Positions 1 through 10,239 of a DNA stretch of 64,000 nucleotides are shown piece after piece. The stretch is from an uncultured Chloroflexia bacterium (GTDB lineage: Bacteria > Chloroflexota > Limnocylindria > Limnocylindrales > CSP1-4), in contig CAVVYR010000001.1 in assembly GCA_963752475.1 (NCBI GenBank), forward strand, positions 96,001 to 160,000, written 5' to 3'. The position numbers were made by a program, and so were the translations under genes. Each line of letters starts with the position of its first letter. Within the stretch, counting starts at the first letter, position 1. The notes under the pieces are model-generated. The model worked only from the letters and a program-made list of their open reading frames with translations. It did no database searches and had not been told where the DNA came from.

Positions 1-800
1 AAGCCGGCCTCACCCTCGGCCTGCGTCTGAGACGGACCCGGGATGAGCTCGCGATCGACGAGGCTCTGGAACCACTCGCCGAAGGCCACGGCCTCGGGGC
101 CGTTGAGGATGCCCTCGGACGTCAGGAACGTCTCGCGGTCGATGAGGTCGCCGCCGAACGACTGCAGGAAGGGAGCGAAGGCGTAGGGATACCACTCGCC
201 AGCGCTGTCCCACATCCCGATGTCCCAGGCGTAGTCGAACTCGCCCGTCGCCTGCAGCGTCTCCAGCGCCGCGTCGAACTCTTCGAGGGTCCACGGCTCA
301 TCGAGCGTGGGGATGCGGATGTCGTTGGCCTCCAGGACGGAGCGGCGGGCATAGTTGGCGACCGCCGCATCGAAGAAGCCGATGGAGACGAGCTCGCCGT
401 CCCATGAGCTCTGCGCGGCCGGCAGGATGGTACTCGCGACCTCGTCAGAGATATCGAGCGGCCCGAGGATGTTGGCCCAGGCCCAACTCGGAGCGACCGG
501 GCCGTCCACATCGAGCAGACAGGGCAGCCCACCTTGCGACGCACCGACGACCGACGTGTTGTAGTCAGCCTGTGGGAAGTCCACGCGCTGGACCTCGTAC
601 ATGTCCTGCGAGGCGTTGAAGTCGCTGACTACGGTGTCGAGGACCTCGATCTCGGCCGGGTTGCCGGCCGAGTGCGTCCAGGCCTCGATGACCTGTCGCT
701 CCCCGTCCTGGGCCATCGCTGCCGACGGCACCATGAGCGCAGCTGAGACGATGCCGGCGAGCGCCAGCGTCCCGGGCCGCATGGATCTAGTTCTGGTCAT
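1..800 (-). CDS. Sugar ABC transporter substrate-binding protein (SBP family 1), 3' end truncated by the window
   Basis: Not in the ORF track because it runs off the edge. Read manually: ATG at 800 preceded by GGAGGAAGG; MTRTRSMRPGTLALAGIVSAALMVPSAAMAQDGERQVIEAWTHSAGNPAE...LLDVDGP...YARRSVLEANDIRIPTLDEPWTLEEFDAAL. Signal peptide and the 'P.T..EF' motif of carbohydrate SBPs. Confidence 0.85.
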   Translation of the reverse strand, partial: MTRTRSMRPGTLALAGIVSAALMVPSAAMAQDGERQVIEAWTHSAGNPAEIEVLDTVVSDFNASQDMYEVQRVDFPQADYNTSVVGASQGGLPCLLDVDGPVAPSWAWANILGPLDISDEVASTILPAAQSSWDGELVSIGFFDAAVANYARRSVLEANDIRIPTLDEPWTLEEFDAALETLQATGEFDYAWDIGMWDSAGEWYPYAFAPFLQSFGGDLIDRETFLTSEGILNGPEAVAFGEWFQSLVDRELIPGPSQTQAEGEAG

Positions 801-855
801 GTCCTTCCTCCTTGCCCCGTGGTGCTGGTCCACGATCGCCGCGGGGCGCGTGCGA

Positions 856-1965
856 TCATGGCGTCCCCCGCGTGGGACGGGGCAGCATTCCCGCCCCGTC
901 GCGGGGCGGTGCGACCGAATCACGGACCACGAGCGGGCATTCAAGCCGCATCTGACGTGGTCCCTCGGCCTCACCGCTGAGGACACGAAGTAGGTGCTCG
1001 ACGGCCCAGCCGCCCATGGCTTCATGGGGCAGCTGCATGGTCGTGAGCGGCGGGTCGAGCCAGGGCGCGATCTGGTCCTGGTTGTCGAACCCGATGATGG
1101 AGATGTCGTCCGGGACCGAGAGGCCGGCACGGCGGATGGCGCGATAGGCGCCCATGGCCATGCGGTCGGTGTAGCACTGGATGGCGGTCGGCAGTTCGCG
1201 CAGCTCGAGGAGTCGGGCGGCTGCGGCCGCACCACCGAAGGGGTCGTTCTTGTCGACGGCCACGAGTGTCGGATCGAAGTCGATGCCATGCTCCTCGAGG
1301 CCACGCTTGTAGCCGGCGAAGCGCTCGGGATGAGCGGGGTACACGTTGTCTTCGTGGATGTAACCGATGCGCCGATGGCCGTGCTCGATGAGGTGGCTCG
1401 TGGCGGTGTAGCCACCAAGTTCTTCGTCCGGTACCACCCAGGAGTCGGACGGATCGTCGGAGCGCGCGTCCAACAGGACCGAGGGGATCTCCTTCAGCGC
1501 GGGGGGCACCGCCACGACCTGATGCCACATGGTGGCGTAGATCAGCGCGTCGACCCGGCGTGAAAGGAGCGAGTCGATGGCGCGTGACTCGACGTCGGGG
1601 TCGCGCTCGGTGTTGATGATCATCAGCGTCATGCCCGCAGCGGCGGCGACCTGGTCGGCACCGTGCACCATCAGGCCCGCGAAGGGCGTGGAGGCGATGG
1701 TGTCGCTGATGAGGCCGATGGTCTCGCTCGATTGGCGACGCAGGTTGCGAGCCACAGCGTTGGTGCGATAGCCCAGCGCCCGGCTGGCCTCGAACACGCG
1801 CTCCTTGGTGACGTCGGGGATGGAGCGGCCGGCCTTGTCATTGAGCACCAGCGAGACGGTGGTGATGGACACGCCCGCGGCCCTGGCCACGTCGGCCATG
1901 CGCGCGCGGCGGCGTCGCGGCGTGGCGATGACTACCGAGTCCGTGGCCTGCGCCTCCCCTGGCAC
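856..1965 (-). CDS. LacI family transcriptional regulator
   Basis: HTH MADVARAAGVSITTVSLVLN, hinge YRTNAVARNL, C-terminal VPDDISIIGFDN..LDPPLTT. Confidence 0.95.
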   Translation of the reverse strand: MPGEAQATDSVVIATPRRRRARMADVARAAGVSITTVSLVLNDKAGRSIPDVTKERVFEASRALGYRTNAVARNLRRQSSETIGLISDTIASTPFAGLMVHGADQVAAAAGMTLMIINTERDPDVESRAIDSLLSRRVDALIYATMWHQVVAVPPALKEIPSVLLDARSDDPSDSWVVPDEELGGYTATSHLIEHGHRRIGYIHEDNVYPAHPERFAGYKRGLEEHGIDFDPTLVAVDKNDPFGGAAAAARLLELRELPTAIQCYTDRMAMGAYRAIRRAGLSVPDDISIIGFDNQDQIAPWLDPPLTTMQLPHEAMGGWAVEHLLRVLSGEAEGPRQMRLECPLVVRDSVAPPRDGAGMLPRPTRGTP

Positions 1966-2046
1966 GGCCGTGCGGTCATGGGTCAGGGCTCCGTCTCCTC
2001 CTGCGCGATCGAGTCCCGAGCGGTCCCTCCGGCCGCTACGGCTCCC

Positions 2047-2066
2047 TTACTCAATCGTTTCAGTAA
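2047..2066. promoter_or_regulatory. Putative LacI-family operator
   Basis: TTACTCAATCGTTTCAGTAA is an AT-rich imperfect palindrome (16/20 symmetric) centred on CG, lying between lacI and the divergent URO-D-family gene. Confidence 0.75.
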
Positions 2067-2070
2067 ATCG

Positions 2071-2099
2071 ATACTCTCAACAAGGACCGCAGATGTCAA
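2071..2099 (-). promoter_or_regulatory. Putative sigma70-type promoter for the lacI-SBP operon
   Basis: Minus strand: TTGACA (2099-2094), 17 nt, then GAGTAT preceded by TGn. The operator lies immediately downstream. Confidence 0.5.
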
Positions 2100-2129
2100 G
2101 TCCCCACAGCAGGCCGGCATGACGACATC

Positions 2130-2135
2130 TACCAT
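2130..2135 (+). promoter_or_regulatory. -10 element of a probable leaderless transcript
   Basis: TACCAT lies 6 nt upstream of ATG 2142, and there is no SD sequence. Confidence 0.5.
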
Positions 2136-2141
2136 CAAGAC

Positions 2142-3206
2142 ATGACGAAGATGACGGCGGTCGAACGCTGTGAGACCGTGATCGCGGGCGGTATCCCTGA
2201 CCGAGTTCCGACCGAGCTCCACGACTTCATGGTGGCCGCACGCAAGTCCGGCCTGCCCTTCCCCGAGTTCATGCGCAACGGCGAGGCCATCGCCGAGGGC
2301 CACCTGGCCGACTGGCGCGAGTTCGGGCACGACATGCTGCTCGTCGACAACGGCACCGCCACCCTGGCCGAGGCCTGCGGCGTCGGCGTCGAGCTGCTCG
2401 AGGATTCGGCCCCGGTCTCGATGGCGCCGGCGATCGAGAGCCTCGACGACATCGACAAGCTGGTGCTACCCGACCCGGCCATTTCGCCGGCGCTGGCTGA
2501 GAGCCTGAAGGCCACGCGCATCATCGCGGGGGAGGTCGGTGACGAGGGCTGGATCATGGGTGTGGCCGACCAGGGCCCCTTCTCGCTCGCGAGCATGATC
2601 CTGGGCATGGAGGAGTTCCTCGTCGCGCAGATGGACCCCGGAGCTCGAGACAAGCTCCACCGGCTGCTCGACTTCTGTGAGGAAGCGTTCTATCGCTACG
2701 CGGTCGCCCAGATCGAGGCGGGTGCGCACGTCACCTCGATGGGCGAGTCCATCGCCGGGCCGGACGTGTGCTCGCCGGCCATCTACCGCGAGATCGCATG
2801 GCCGCACGAGCGAAACGTCACCCAGCGGCTGCTCAAGGACGGCGTCCGTCTCCAGAACCACATCTGCGGCAACGCCACGAAGATCGTGCCGGACATGGTC
2901 GAGACGGGTGCGGTCATCCTCGGACTCGACTACAAGTGCGACCTCGCCGAGATCAAGGCTGCCACGCAGGGCAGGACCACCATCGTGGGCACCATCGATC
3001 CGTCCGAGATCGTGGCGCGGGGATCGGCGGCGGACGTGACCGATGCCGCGCGAGAGGAGCTTGCCGTGCTGGCTCCTGGCGGCGGACTCATCCTCGGCGC
3101 CGGCTGTGCCATCCCGCCCGACACCCCCGATGAGAACCTCCATGCCCTCGTCGAGGCCGGCCGCACCATGGGTCGCTACGACGCGGACGGCATCCCCGCC
3201 CTGTAG
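2142..3206 (+). CDS. Uroporphyrinogen decarboxylase / MtaA-CmuA methyltransferase family protein
   Basis: PDRVP at the N-terminus, QGPFSLA, AQIEAGAH, NHICGN zinc-type motif, GTIDP, GGGLILGAGCAIPPDTPDENL. Confidence 0.85.
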   Translation: MTKMTAVERCETVIAGGIPDRVPTELHDFMVAARKSGLPFPEFMRNGEAIAEGHLADWREFGHDMLLVDNGTATLAEACGVGVELLEDSAPVSMAPAIESLDDIDKLVLPDPAISPALAESLKATRIIAGEVGDEGWIMGVADQGPFSLASMILGMEEFLVAQMDPGARDKLHRLLDFCEEAFYRYAVAQIEAGAHVTSMGESIAGPDVCSPAIYREIAWPHERNVTQRLLKDGVRLQNHICGNATKIVPDMVETGAVILGLDYKCDLAEIKAATQGRTTIVGTIDPSEIVARGSAADVTDAAREELAVLAPGGGLILGAGCAIPPDTPDENLHALVEAGRTMGRYDADGIPAL

Positions 3207-3212
3207 GCGACG

Positions 3213-4148
3213 TCAGTCCAGGCCCATCTCCTCGCGGGTCGGGGGTTCGGCGCCGGCGCGGGTGCAGTTGATGGCGGCAGCGCGTGCCGCGAACGTCATC
3301 GCCGCTTCCAGCAGATCCACGTCTCCCAGCTCCTGGCGACCGAAGCCATGCTCCAGCCAGTAGGCCAGGAAGCCTCCGCCGAAGGCATCTCCTGCACCGA
3401 CGGTGTCCGCGACCTCGACGGTCGGCACCGGCACCGAGACCTCGCCGCCGGCGCAGAAGCCGCGGGCGTCGTCTCGGCCCTGCGTCACGAGCACCGCCCC
3501 GGTGCCCTGCTCCACGAGCAGGCGCGCGCTGGCCTCTGGTGATGCGGCGAGCGCGAGGTACTCGAAGTCCTCGTCGCTGCCCTTGACCAGGTCGGCTCGC
3601 TCGATGACCGTGCGCATCCGCGACTGGTAGCGATCGAAGTCGGGCGTAGCGGTCGGTCGGCAGTTGGGGTCGACCATCACGAACGTCGACTCCGGCACGG
3701 CTGCGACCAGCGCCGCGAGCGAATCCGCGATCGGCTCCATGGCCAGGCCGAGCGTGCCCACGTGGAGCGCGTCGGGCGCGGGATCGCCCGCCTTGAGCGC
3801 ATCATCATGTTCCAGCCCGGGCACGGTCGTCTGCTCGATGTACCAGTGGTAGTGGGCCACGCCGGCCTCGTCGATCTCGGCCAGCACGAGCGTGGTGGGA
3901 TCGGCGGTATCGACCACCAGAGCCGTCCCCACGTCGTCCTCCTCCAGCTTGCGCCGGAGCAGCTTGCCGAACCAGTCGTCACTCATCCGCCCCAGGAACT
4001 CGACCGACCCGCCGAGCCGGGCCAACGCCCGCGCGGCGTTGTACTGGCCGCCGCCAGCCGCGGGGTTCACCGAGCCGTCCTGTCCGATGATCAGATCGAT
4101 CAGCGCCTCACCGGCGATGACCACTCGCGGTCGCGGCTCGCTCCACAT
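3213..4148 (-). CDS. PfkB family carbohydrate kinase (fructokinase-like)
   Basis: GEALIDL, GGGQYNAARALARLG, DPNCRP, and the PfkB signature DTVGAGDAFGGGFL. Confidence 0.92.
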   Translation of the reverse strand: MWSEPRPRVVIAGEALIDLIIGQDGSVNPAAGGGQYNAARALARLGGSVEFLGRMSDDWFGKLLRRKLEEDDVGTALVVDTADPTTLVLAEIDEAGVAHYHWYIEQTTVPGLEHDDALKAGDPAPDALHVGTLGLAMEPIADSLAALVAAVPESTFVMVDPNCRPTATPDFDRYQSRMRTVIERADLVKGSDEDFEYLALAASPEASARLLVEQGTGAVLVTQGRDDARGFCAGGEVSVPVPTVEVADTVGAGDAFGGGFLAYWLEHGFGRQELGDVDLLEAAMTFAARAAAINCTRAGAEPPTREEMGLD

Positions 4149-4766
4149 CTACCAGCCCTCCTGCTTGAGGTACTCGGCCATCGCCCGGGCGGCCTGGCCA
4201 CGGTGCGAGAGCTCATGCTTCTCGTCTGAGCTCATCTGGCCCACCGTACGGCCGCCGGGCTCTTCGTCTCTGGGCTCGAAGATGGGGTCGTAGCCGAAGC
4301 CACCGGTGCCCCGCCGCTCGGTCGCGATGCGGCCCTCGAACCGGCCGTCGCGGAACACCGGCTCGCCATCGGCCTTGGGGTCCCAGAACGCGAGCACGCA
4401 CTGATAGCGCGCCCCCCGCTTCTCGGCCGGCAGCCCCTCGAGCTCGCGCAGCAGCTTGGCGTTGTTGTCTTCGTCGGTGGCCTCGGGCCCGGCGTAGCGC
4501 TTGGTGTAGACACCCGGCCCGCCTTCGAGCGCATCGACCTCCAGCCCGGAGTCGTCGGCCAGCGTGGGCAGCCCCGAACGATCGCCGTAGTAGCGGACCT
4601 TGATCTCGGCGTTGCCCTCGAAGGAGTCGGCGTCCTCTACCGGCTCACCCCCGATGCCGACGTCGTCGGGCGAGACCAGCACGATGTCGTCGCCGAGGTC
4701 GAGCAGGTCGTGTAGCTCCCCTACCTTGTGGCGGGAGCGCGAAGCGACCAGGAGGCGCCGGGTCAT
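4149..4766 (-). CDS. rdgB: dITP/XTP pyrophosphatase (RdgB/HAM1)
   Basis: ADDSGLEVDALEGGPGV, GFGYDPIF and SHRGQA motifs; coupled to rph. Confidence 0.95.
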   Translation of the reverse strand: MTRRLLVASRSRHKVGELHDLLDLGDDIVLVSPDDVGIGGEPVEDADSFEGNAEIKVRYYGDRSGLPTLADDSGLEVDALEGGPGVYTKRYAGPEATDEDNNAKLLRELEGLPAEKRGARYQCVLAFWDPKADGEPVFRDGRFEGRIATERRGTGGFGYDPIFEPRDEEPGGRTVGQMSSDEKHELSHRGQAARAMAEYLKQEGW

Positions 4767-5509
4767 GTCCTGGACTTCGCCGCCTCCCCGGCGAGCACCG
4801 CGTCCTGGATCTCGAAGAGCTTGGCCAGGCCGCTGTCGGCGAGGTCCAGTAGCTCCGTCGTCTGGGCACGATCGAAGGGCTTGCCCTCGGCGGTGCCCTG
4901 CAGCTCGACATAGGTGCCGCCATCGGTGCCGATGACGTTGAAGTCGACCTGCGCGTTGCTGTCCTCGCGGTACTCCAGGTCCAGCAGACCCTGGCCGTCG
5001 ACGAAGCCGACGGAGATGGCCGCGATCTTGCTGGTGATGGCGCGCTCGAGGCCGGCCTTCTTCAGTGCCAGCACGAGCGCGATGTAGCCGCCGGTGATGG
5101 AGGCGCAGCGGGTGCCACCATCGGCCTGGATGACGTCGCAGTCGATGGTCACGGTGCGCTCGCCCATGACCGTGGTGTCGACCACGCCGCGCAGCGAGCG
5201 GCCGATGAGCCGCTGGATCTCGTAGGTGCGGCCACCGAGCTTGCCCTTGACCGACTCACGCTGCATGCGGTCAGAGGTGGCGGTGGGGAGCATGGCGTAC
5301 TCCGCGGTCACCCAGCCGACGCCCTTGCCGCGCAGGAACGGCGGGATGCGGTCCTCCAGGGTGGCTGAGCACAGGACATGGGTGTCGCCCTGCTGCCAGA
5401 TGAGCGAGGCGGTCGCCCACTTCTGCACGTCCATCTGCACGTTCACCGGGCGCATCTGGCCCGGCGTCCGTCCATCGAGGCGGAAGCGCGCCCCTCCTCC
5501 GATGCTCAT
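4763..5509 (-). CDS. rph: Ribonuclease PH
   Basis: GWVTAEYAMLP, GRTYEIQRLIGRSLR, DCDVIQADGGTRCASITG. Start moved to ATG 5509 (ATGA overlap with the mazG stop, AAGGAG upstream). Confidence 0.96.
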   Translation of the reverse strand: MSIGGGARFRLDGRTPGQMRPVNVQMDVQKWATASLIWQQGDTHVLCSATLEDRIPPFLRGKGVGWVTAEYAMLPTATSDRMQRESVKGKLGGRTYEIQRLIGRSLRGVVDTTVMGERTVTIDCDVIQADGGTRCASITGGYIALVLALKKAGLERAITSKIAAISVGFVDGQGLLDLEYREDSNAQVDFNVIGTDGGTYVELQGTAEGKPFDRAQTTELLDLADSGLAKLFEIQDAVLAGEAAKSRT

Positions 5510-6666
5510 CGACTCTCCTTCTCGATCGTCTCTTGTCGTTTCGCCAGTTGCCACAGGTCATCGAGCGCGTCGATGCCCATGGACTTCATCTCGACGCCCT
5601 GTTCCTCTGCCAGCCGCTCCACGCGCGCGAAGCGCGAAGCGAACTTCCGACTTGCGAACCGTAGCGCGGCTTCGGGGTCGATGCCGAGCTTGCGGCCGAT
5701 GTTGACGAGCACGAACATGACGTCGCCGTACTCCTCGACCCGCTCGTCCTGGTCGGTCGCGGACAGCAGCTCGGTGGCCTCTTCGGCCAGCTTGTCGATG
5801 ACGCCCTCGAGATCGGGCCAGTCCATGCCCAGGGCCGCGGCACGGGCCTGCATCTCATCGGCGTAGGCCAGCGAGGGCAGGGACTTCGACAGCCCCTTGA
5901 AGGCGTCGGGCATCTCCGGGTCGCGCACGGGTCTGCCGTTGGCGGTGCGCTCGGCGGCCTTGAGCTGCTCCCAGTTGCGGATGACCTCGTCGGGTGTGTC
6001 GGCCACGACGTCGGCGAAGACGTGCGGGTGCCGGCTGATGATCTTGGTCACCACCGCACGCTGTACGTCGGACATGTCGAAGACGCCCTCCTCTGCCGCG
6101 TACTGCGCGTGCAGCACGACCTGGAGCAGCAGGTCGCCCAGCTCCTCGGCCAGGTCCGGACCGGCGCCCAGGTCCAGTGCGTCGTAGACCTCGTAGGCCT
6201 CCTCGATGAGGAAGGGCTTGAGCGTCTGATGATCCTGCTCGCGGTCCCAGGGGCAGCCGTCGGGCTGACGCAGCCGATGCACCAGCCAGGGCAGCGCGAA
6301 GGCTGACGCCGGGTTCGATCCGGGGTCCGTGGCCGGCAGCAGGTGTGGTCCTGCCGCGAGCGCCTCGGCTGTGACCTCGGCCACCGTCGTCTGGCCGTCC
6401 GGCCCGTAGACCGGGTGTGCCGCTGGGTACAGCCGATGCAGTAGCGAGAGCGGGTCGGTGCCGTGGCCGTGGCGGCCGGGCAGCGTGAAGTAGGCGTCGT
6501 CGGGGTCTGGCTCCACGCCCGTCGGTGGCAGCACGACCAGGGCCATGCCGGCGTCGAAGGGTCGGGCCACGAGCCGGTCGAGCGCGACGAGTTGGAGACC
6601 CTCGGCGGGATCGATGCCCGCTCGTTCGATCAGCGTCGAGAGCGCTGGGTGGATCGATGCCGTCAT
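5506..6666 (-). CDS. mazG: Nucleoside triphosphate pyrophosphohydrolase MazG with N-terminal extension
   Basis: LRQPDGCPWDREQ, EEAYEV, EELGDLLLQVVLHA, RHPHVF, and a second domain with EEYGDVMF. Confidence 0.93.
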   Translation of the reverse strand: MTASIHPALSTLIERAGIDPAEGLQLVALDRLVARPFDAGMALVVLPPTGVEPDPDDAYFTLPGRHGHGTDPLSLLHRLYPAAHPVYGPDGQTTVAEVTAEALAAGPHLLPATDPGSNPASAFALPWLVHRLRQPDGCPWDREQDHQTLKPFLIEEAYEVYDALDLGAGPDLAEELGDLLLQVVLHAQYAAEEGVFDMSDVQRAVVTKIISRHPHVFADVVADTPDEVIRNWEQLKAAERTANGRPVRDPEMPDAFKGLSKSLPSLAYADEMQARAAALGMDWPDLEGVIDKLAEEATELLSATDQDERVEEYGDVMFVLVNIGRKLGIDPEAALRFASRKFASRFARVERLAEEQGVEMKSMGIDALDDLWQLAKRQETIEKESR

Positions 6667-6672
6667 CGGTCG

Positions 6673-7212
<540 letters not shown>

Positions 7213-9009
7213 CTAGTTCTCGTAGACGGAGTCGTCGATGCTGATGCGACCCTCGTCCTCGGCGGCGAAGTAGAGCAGGTCGTACCAGTCGGAGAAGGCG
7301 TTGTCGGCGACGATGGCCGCGTCCTCCGCGTCGAGGGGACGGGTAGCTGCATCCTGCAGCTGGTAGAAGTAGTAGCCGTCGCCCTCGTCGATGGCCTCGG
7401 TGACGTCACCGACCTCCATCGCCTCGAGGTCCGCCACGAGCATCTCGTCGAGCTGGTCGATGATCTCCCACTCCGCGACCGGGCCTTCGGCGGCGGCCGG
7501 GTCCTCGGAGAACTCGAGGCTGACGGCGCTGAAATCGGCGTCATCCTCGGCCAGGGCCTGCTCGACCTCGCGGACCCGTGCGTCGAGCGACGAGCGGAAC
7601 TCGTGGAACATGATCACGTGCCAGCCGAAGTCGGTCTTCACCGGGCCGATGACGTCGCCGGCCGCGGGATCGATGTTCGACCAGATGGCCTCGGTGAACT
7701 CCGGCACCATCACGCCTTCCTCTGGGAACCAGCCGAGATCGCCGCCCTCGACGCTTGACGGTCCATCGCTCTCGGCCACGGCACGCTCGGCGAAGGCGGT
7801 CGCCCGCTCCTCGGGATCCTCGACGGCTGAGAGCTCATCGAAGGCAGCCTGAGCCTCGGCCTCGGCCTCGGCCCAGGCGGGATCGTCGCTCGGCAGGTCG
7901 GAAGGCAGACCGGGATTGCCGTCCTCGTCGAGCGGCGTGTCGGGCTGATACAGGATGTGGCTGGCGCGGGCCTCGCCGGCGCTGTCGTCAGGGTTCACCT
8001 GGTTGCGCTCGACGAAGATCCGGCCCAGCAGGGCCTGATCGTATTCGGCCTCGAGGGCCTCGGTGGTGATGGTCTCCTCGAGCTTCTGGGCCAGCGTCTC
8101 GAGCTCGACATTGCGGCGATGGACGTTCTCGCCGACCTCGTCGTTGACAGCCTCGACGAAGCCCTCGTCGGGTACCTCCGGCACGACCTCGGTGACCTTG
8201 GCGATGAGCTGCTCGCCGGTGGGCGCCTCCACGATCTCCGCGACGGTGCCTTCCTCGGCCGCGTAGATGGCCTCGGCCCAGCGTGCTTCGCCGATGTCTG
8301 CCTCGGCGGTGATCCAGGCGGCGTCCGTGCTGGCGGGGCCGTAGGTCTCGACCAGCGCTTCGGCATCGCCGCCCGCGGCCAGCTCCTCGGCCAGCTCGGC
8401 GGCGCGCTCGCGCGCGTCGGCGATACCGGCATCCGTGGCGGTCTCGCCGAGCTCCTGCTCCTCGGTGAGGACGAAGACGGCCTCGACGTAGCGGGACTCG
8501 GTGGCGGTGCCGTCGGCAGCGATGGCCGCCTCCAGCTCCTCCGCCGTCAGCTCCACGCCCTCATCGTCCGCGAGCTGCTCCTTGAAGATGAGATCGACCA
8601 GGTCCGCGACGATGACGTCGTCGGTGTCGGCGCCCAGCGAGTCGGCCAGAGCGAGGCGGGTATTGGCCAGCTCCGCGTCGATCTCGCCGGCAGCCAGTGC
8701 GGCAGTGGTCTGGGCCGCGAAACGCGCCGAGCGGAAGTCCTGCAGCTTCTTGCGATCCTCGAGATCGCTACGGCTGACGTCCGTGCCGTCGACCGAGGCC
8801 ACCGGCTTGATGTTGGACTCCCAGAAGCCGTAGGCCAGGCCACCGACGATGATGACCACGACGATCACGATGAGCCCGTAGAAGACCCAGTTGATGTTGC
8901 GCTGCTGCTGGGCCTCGGCGTCGATGTATCTCCCATCCTTGCCGGTCGACAAGCGGTGAGAGATGCGGTCGCGGAGTGACTCCTTCTGAGGCTCTGTCGG
9001 CGAGGTCAT
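7213..9009 (-). CDS. Membrane-anchored parvulin-type peptidylprolyl isomerase (PrsA/SurA-like foldase)
   Basis: N-terminal TM helix, ARASHIL, GGDLGWF, EFTEAI, GPVKTDFGWHVI; strongly acidic. Confidence 0.88.
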   Translation of the reverse strand: MTSPTEPQKESLRDRISHRLSTGKDGRYIDAEAQQQRNINWVFYGLIVIVVVIIVGGLAYGFWESNIKPVASVDGTDVSRSDLEDRKKLQDFRSARFAAQTTAALAAGEIDAELANTRLALADSLGADTDDVIVADLVDLIFKEQLADDEGVELTAEELEAAIAADGTATESRYVEAVFVLTEEQELGETATDAGIADARERAAELAEELAAGGDAEALVETYGPASTDAAWITAEADIGEARWAEAIYAAEEGTVAEIVEAPTGEQLIAKVTEVVPEVPDEGFVEAVNDEVGENVHRRNVELETLAQKLEETITTEALEAEYDQALLGRIFVERNQVNPDDSAGEARASHILYQPDTPLDEDGNPGLPSDLPSDDPAWAEAEAEAQAAFDELSAVEDPEERATAFAERAVAESDGPSSVEGGDLGWFPEEGVMVPEFTEAIWSNIDPAAGDVIGPVKTDFGWHVIMFHEFRSSLDARVREVEQALAEDDADFSAVSLEFSEDPAAAEGPVAEWEIIDQLDEMLVADLEAMEVGDVTEAIDEGDGYYFYQLQDAATRPLDAEDAAIVADNAFSDWYDLLYFAAEDEGRISIDDSVYEN

Positions 9010-9192
9010 GCGTGGGCGGTTCTCCGGTGTGCTCGTAGCGGGATGCGCGCTCGTGTGACGCCATGCGAGGGGCGTTGCGGTGTCGGCTGCACGCCGCCGA
9101 AGTCTAGCGCGTCAGCGCCGATCTCACGCATGCGCGCGAGGGCGGCCCGGCGGCCCACCAGCTGCTCGGTCGCTCGGTCGCACAGCGACTCC

Positions 9193-10239
9193 CTACGCGT
9201 TGGTGGACTGCTCCAGGCGCCAGGCGTATTGCTGCTTGTAGTACTCGTCCCAGTCGCCGGACTTGATGGGCTCCCACCACTCGCGGTTGTCGGCGTACCA
9301 GTCGACGGTCTCGGCGATGCCTTCCTCGAAGGTCGTGCCCGGCGTCCAGCCGAGGGCCTTGAGACGTGAGCCGTCGAGGGCGTAGCGGCGGTCGTGGCCC
9401 GGGCGATCGGGCACGGTCCGCACCAGCGACCAGGGCTTGCCCAAGTGGTCGAGGATGGCCTCGGTGACGGCCCGGTTGGGCCGCTCGATGCCGTCGCCAC
9501 AGACGTTGTAGGCGGCACCCGAGTCGCCGTGATCGAGGGCGGTCCCGATGCCATCGGCGTGGTCGGCCACGTAGAGCCAGTCACGGCGCTGCATGCCATC
9601 GCCGTACATCGGCAGCTGCTGGTCGTCGAGCGCGTTGGTGACGAAGAGCGGAATCAGCTTCTCGGGGTACTGGTTGGGACCGTAGGTATTGGCTCCGCGG
9701 GTGATGACGGTGTCGAGGCCGTGTGTCTCGTGGTACGCAGCCACGAGGTGCTCGCCGGCAGCCTTGGCTGCCGAGTAGGGCGAGGTCGGGCGGATCGGGT
9801 CCGACTCCACCGAGAGCCCCGCTGGCACCGGGCCGTAGACCTCGTCGGTCGAGACCTGCAGCAGGCGGAAGGCGCCGTCGCGGGCACGGGACTGCTCGAG
9901 CGCCGCCTCGAGCAGCGCGTAGACGCCCATGACACCGGTATGCAGGAAGGCCGTGGGCTCCAGGATGGAGCGGTCGACGTGCGACTCGGCCGCGAAGTTG
10001 ACGATGGCGTCGACCTCCGCGGCCAGCTCGCGCATCCGGGCCTCGTCCGCGATGTCGGCCTGCACGAAGCGATAGCGACCGCTCCATGCAGGGTCATCAG
10101 CCAGGCCCGCGAGGTTGGCCGGGTTGCCGGCGTAGGTGAGCTTGTCGACGACGATGATGCTGTCGTCGGTAGCCGCCAGACGACGACGCACGAAGTTCGA
10201 ACCGATGAAGCCGGCGCCGCCGGTGACGAGGATCCTCAT
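9193..10239 (-). CDS. rfbB: dTDP-glucose 4,6-dehydratase
   Basis: ILVTGGAGFIGSNF, DKLTYAGN, FAAESHVDRSI, VSTDEVYG, PYSAAK, DRPGHDRRYALD. Confidence 0.95.
   Translation of the reverse strand: MRILVTGGAGFIGSNFVRRRLAATDDSIIVVDKLTYAGNPANLAGLADDPAWSGRYRFVQADIADEARMRELAAEVDAIVNFAAESHVDRSILEPTAFLHTGVMGVYALLEAALEQSRARDGAFRLLQVSTDEVYGPVPAGLSVESDPIRPTSPYSAAKAAGEHLVAAYHETHGLDTVITRGANTYGPNQYPEKLIPLFVTNALDDQQLPMYGDGMQRRDWLYVADHADGIGTALDHGDSGAAYNVCGDGIERPNRAVTEAILDHLGKPWSLVRTVPDRPGHDRRYALDGSRLKALGWTPGTTFEEGIAETVDWYADNREWWEPIKSGDWDEYYKQQYAWRLEQSTNA

Noticed and set aside
2142-3206. Calling the gene hemE
   Set aside because: It lacks the HemE WxMRQAGR motif and has the HICG zinc-type motif of MtaA-like members.
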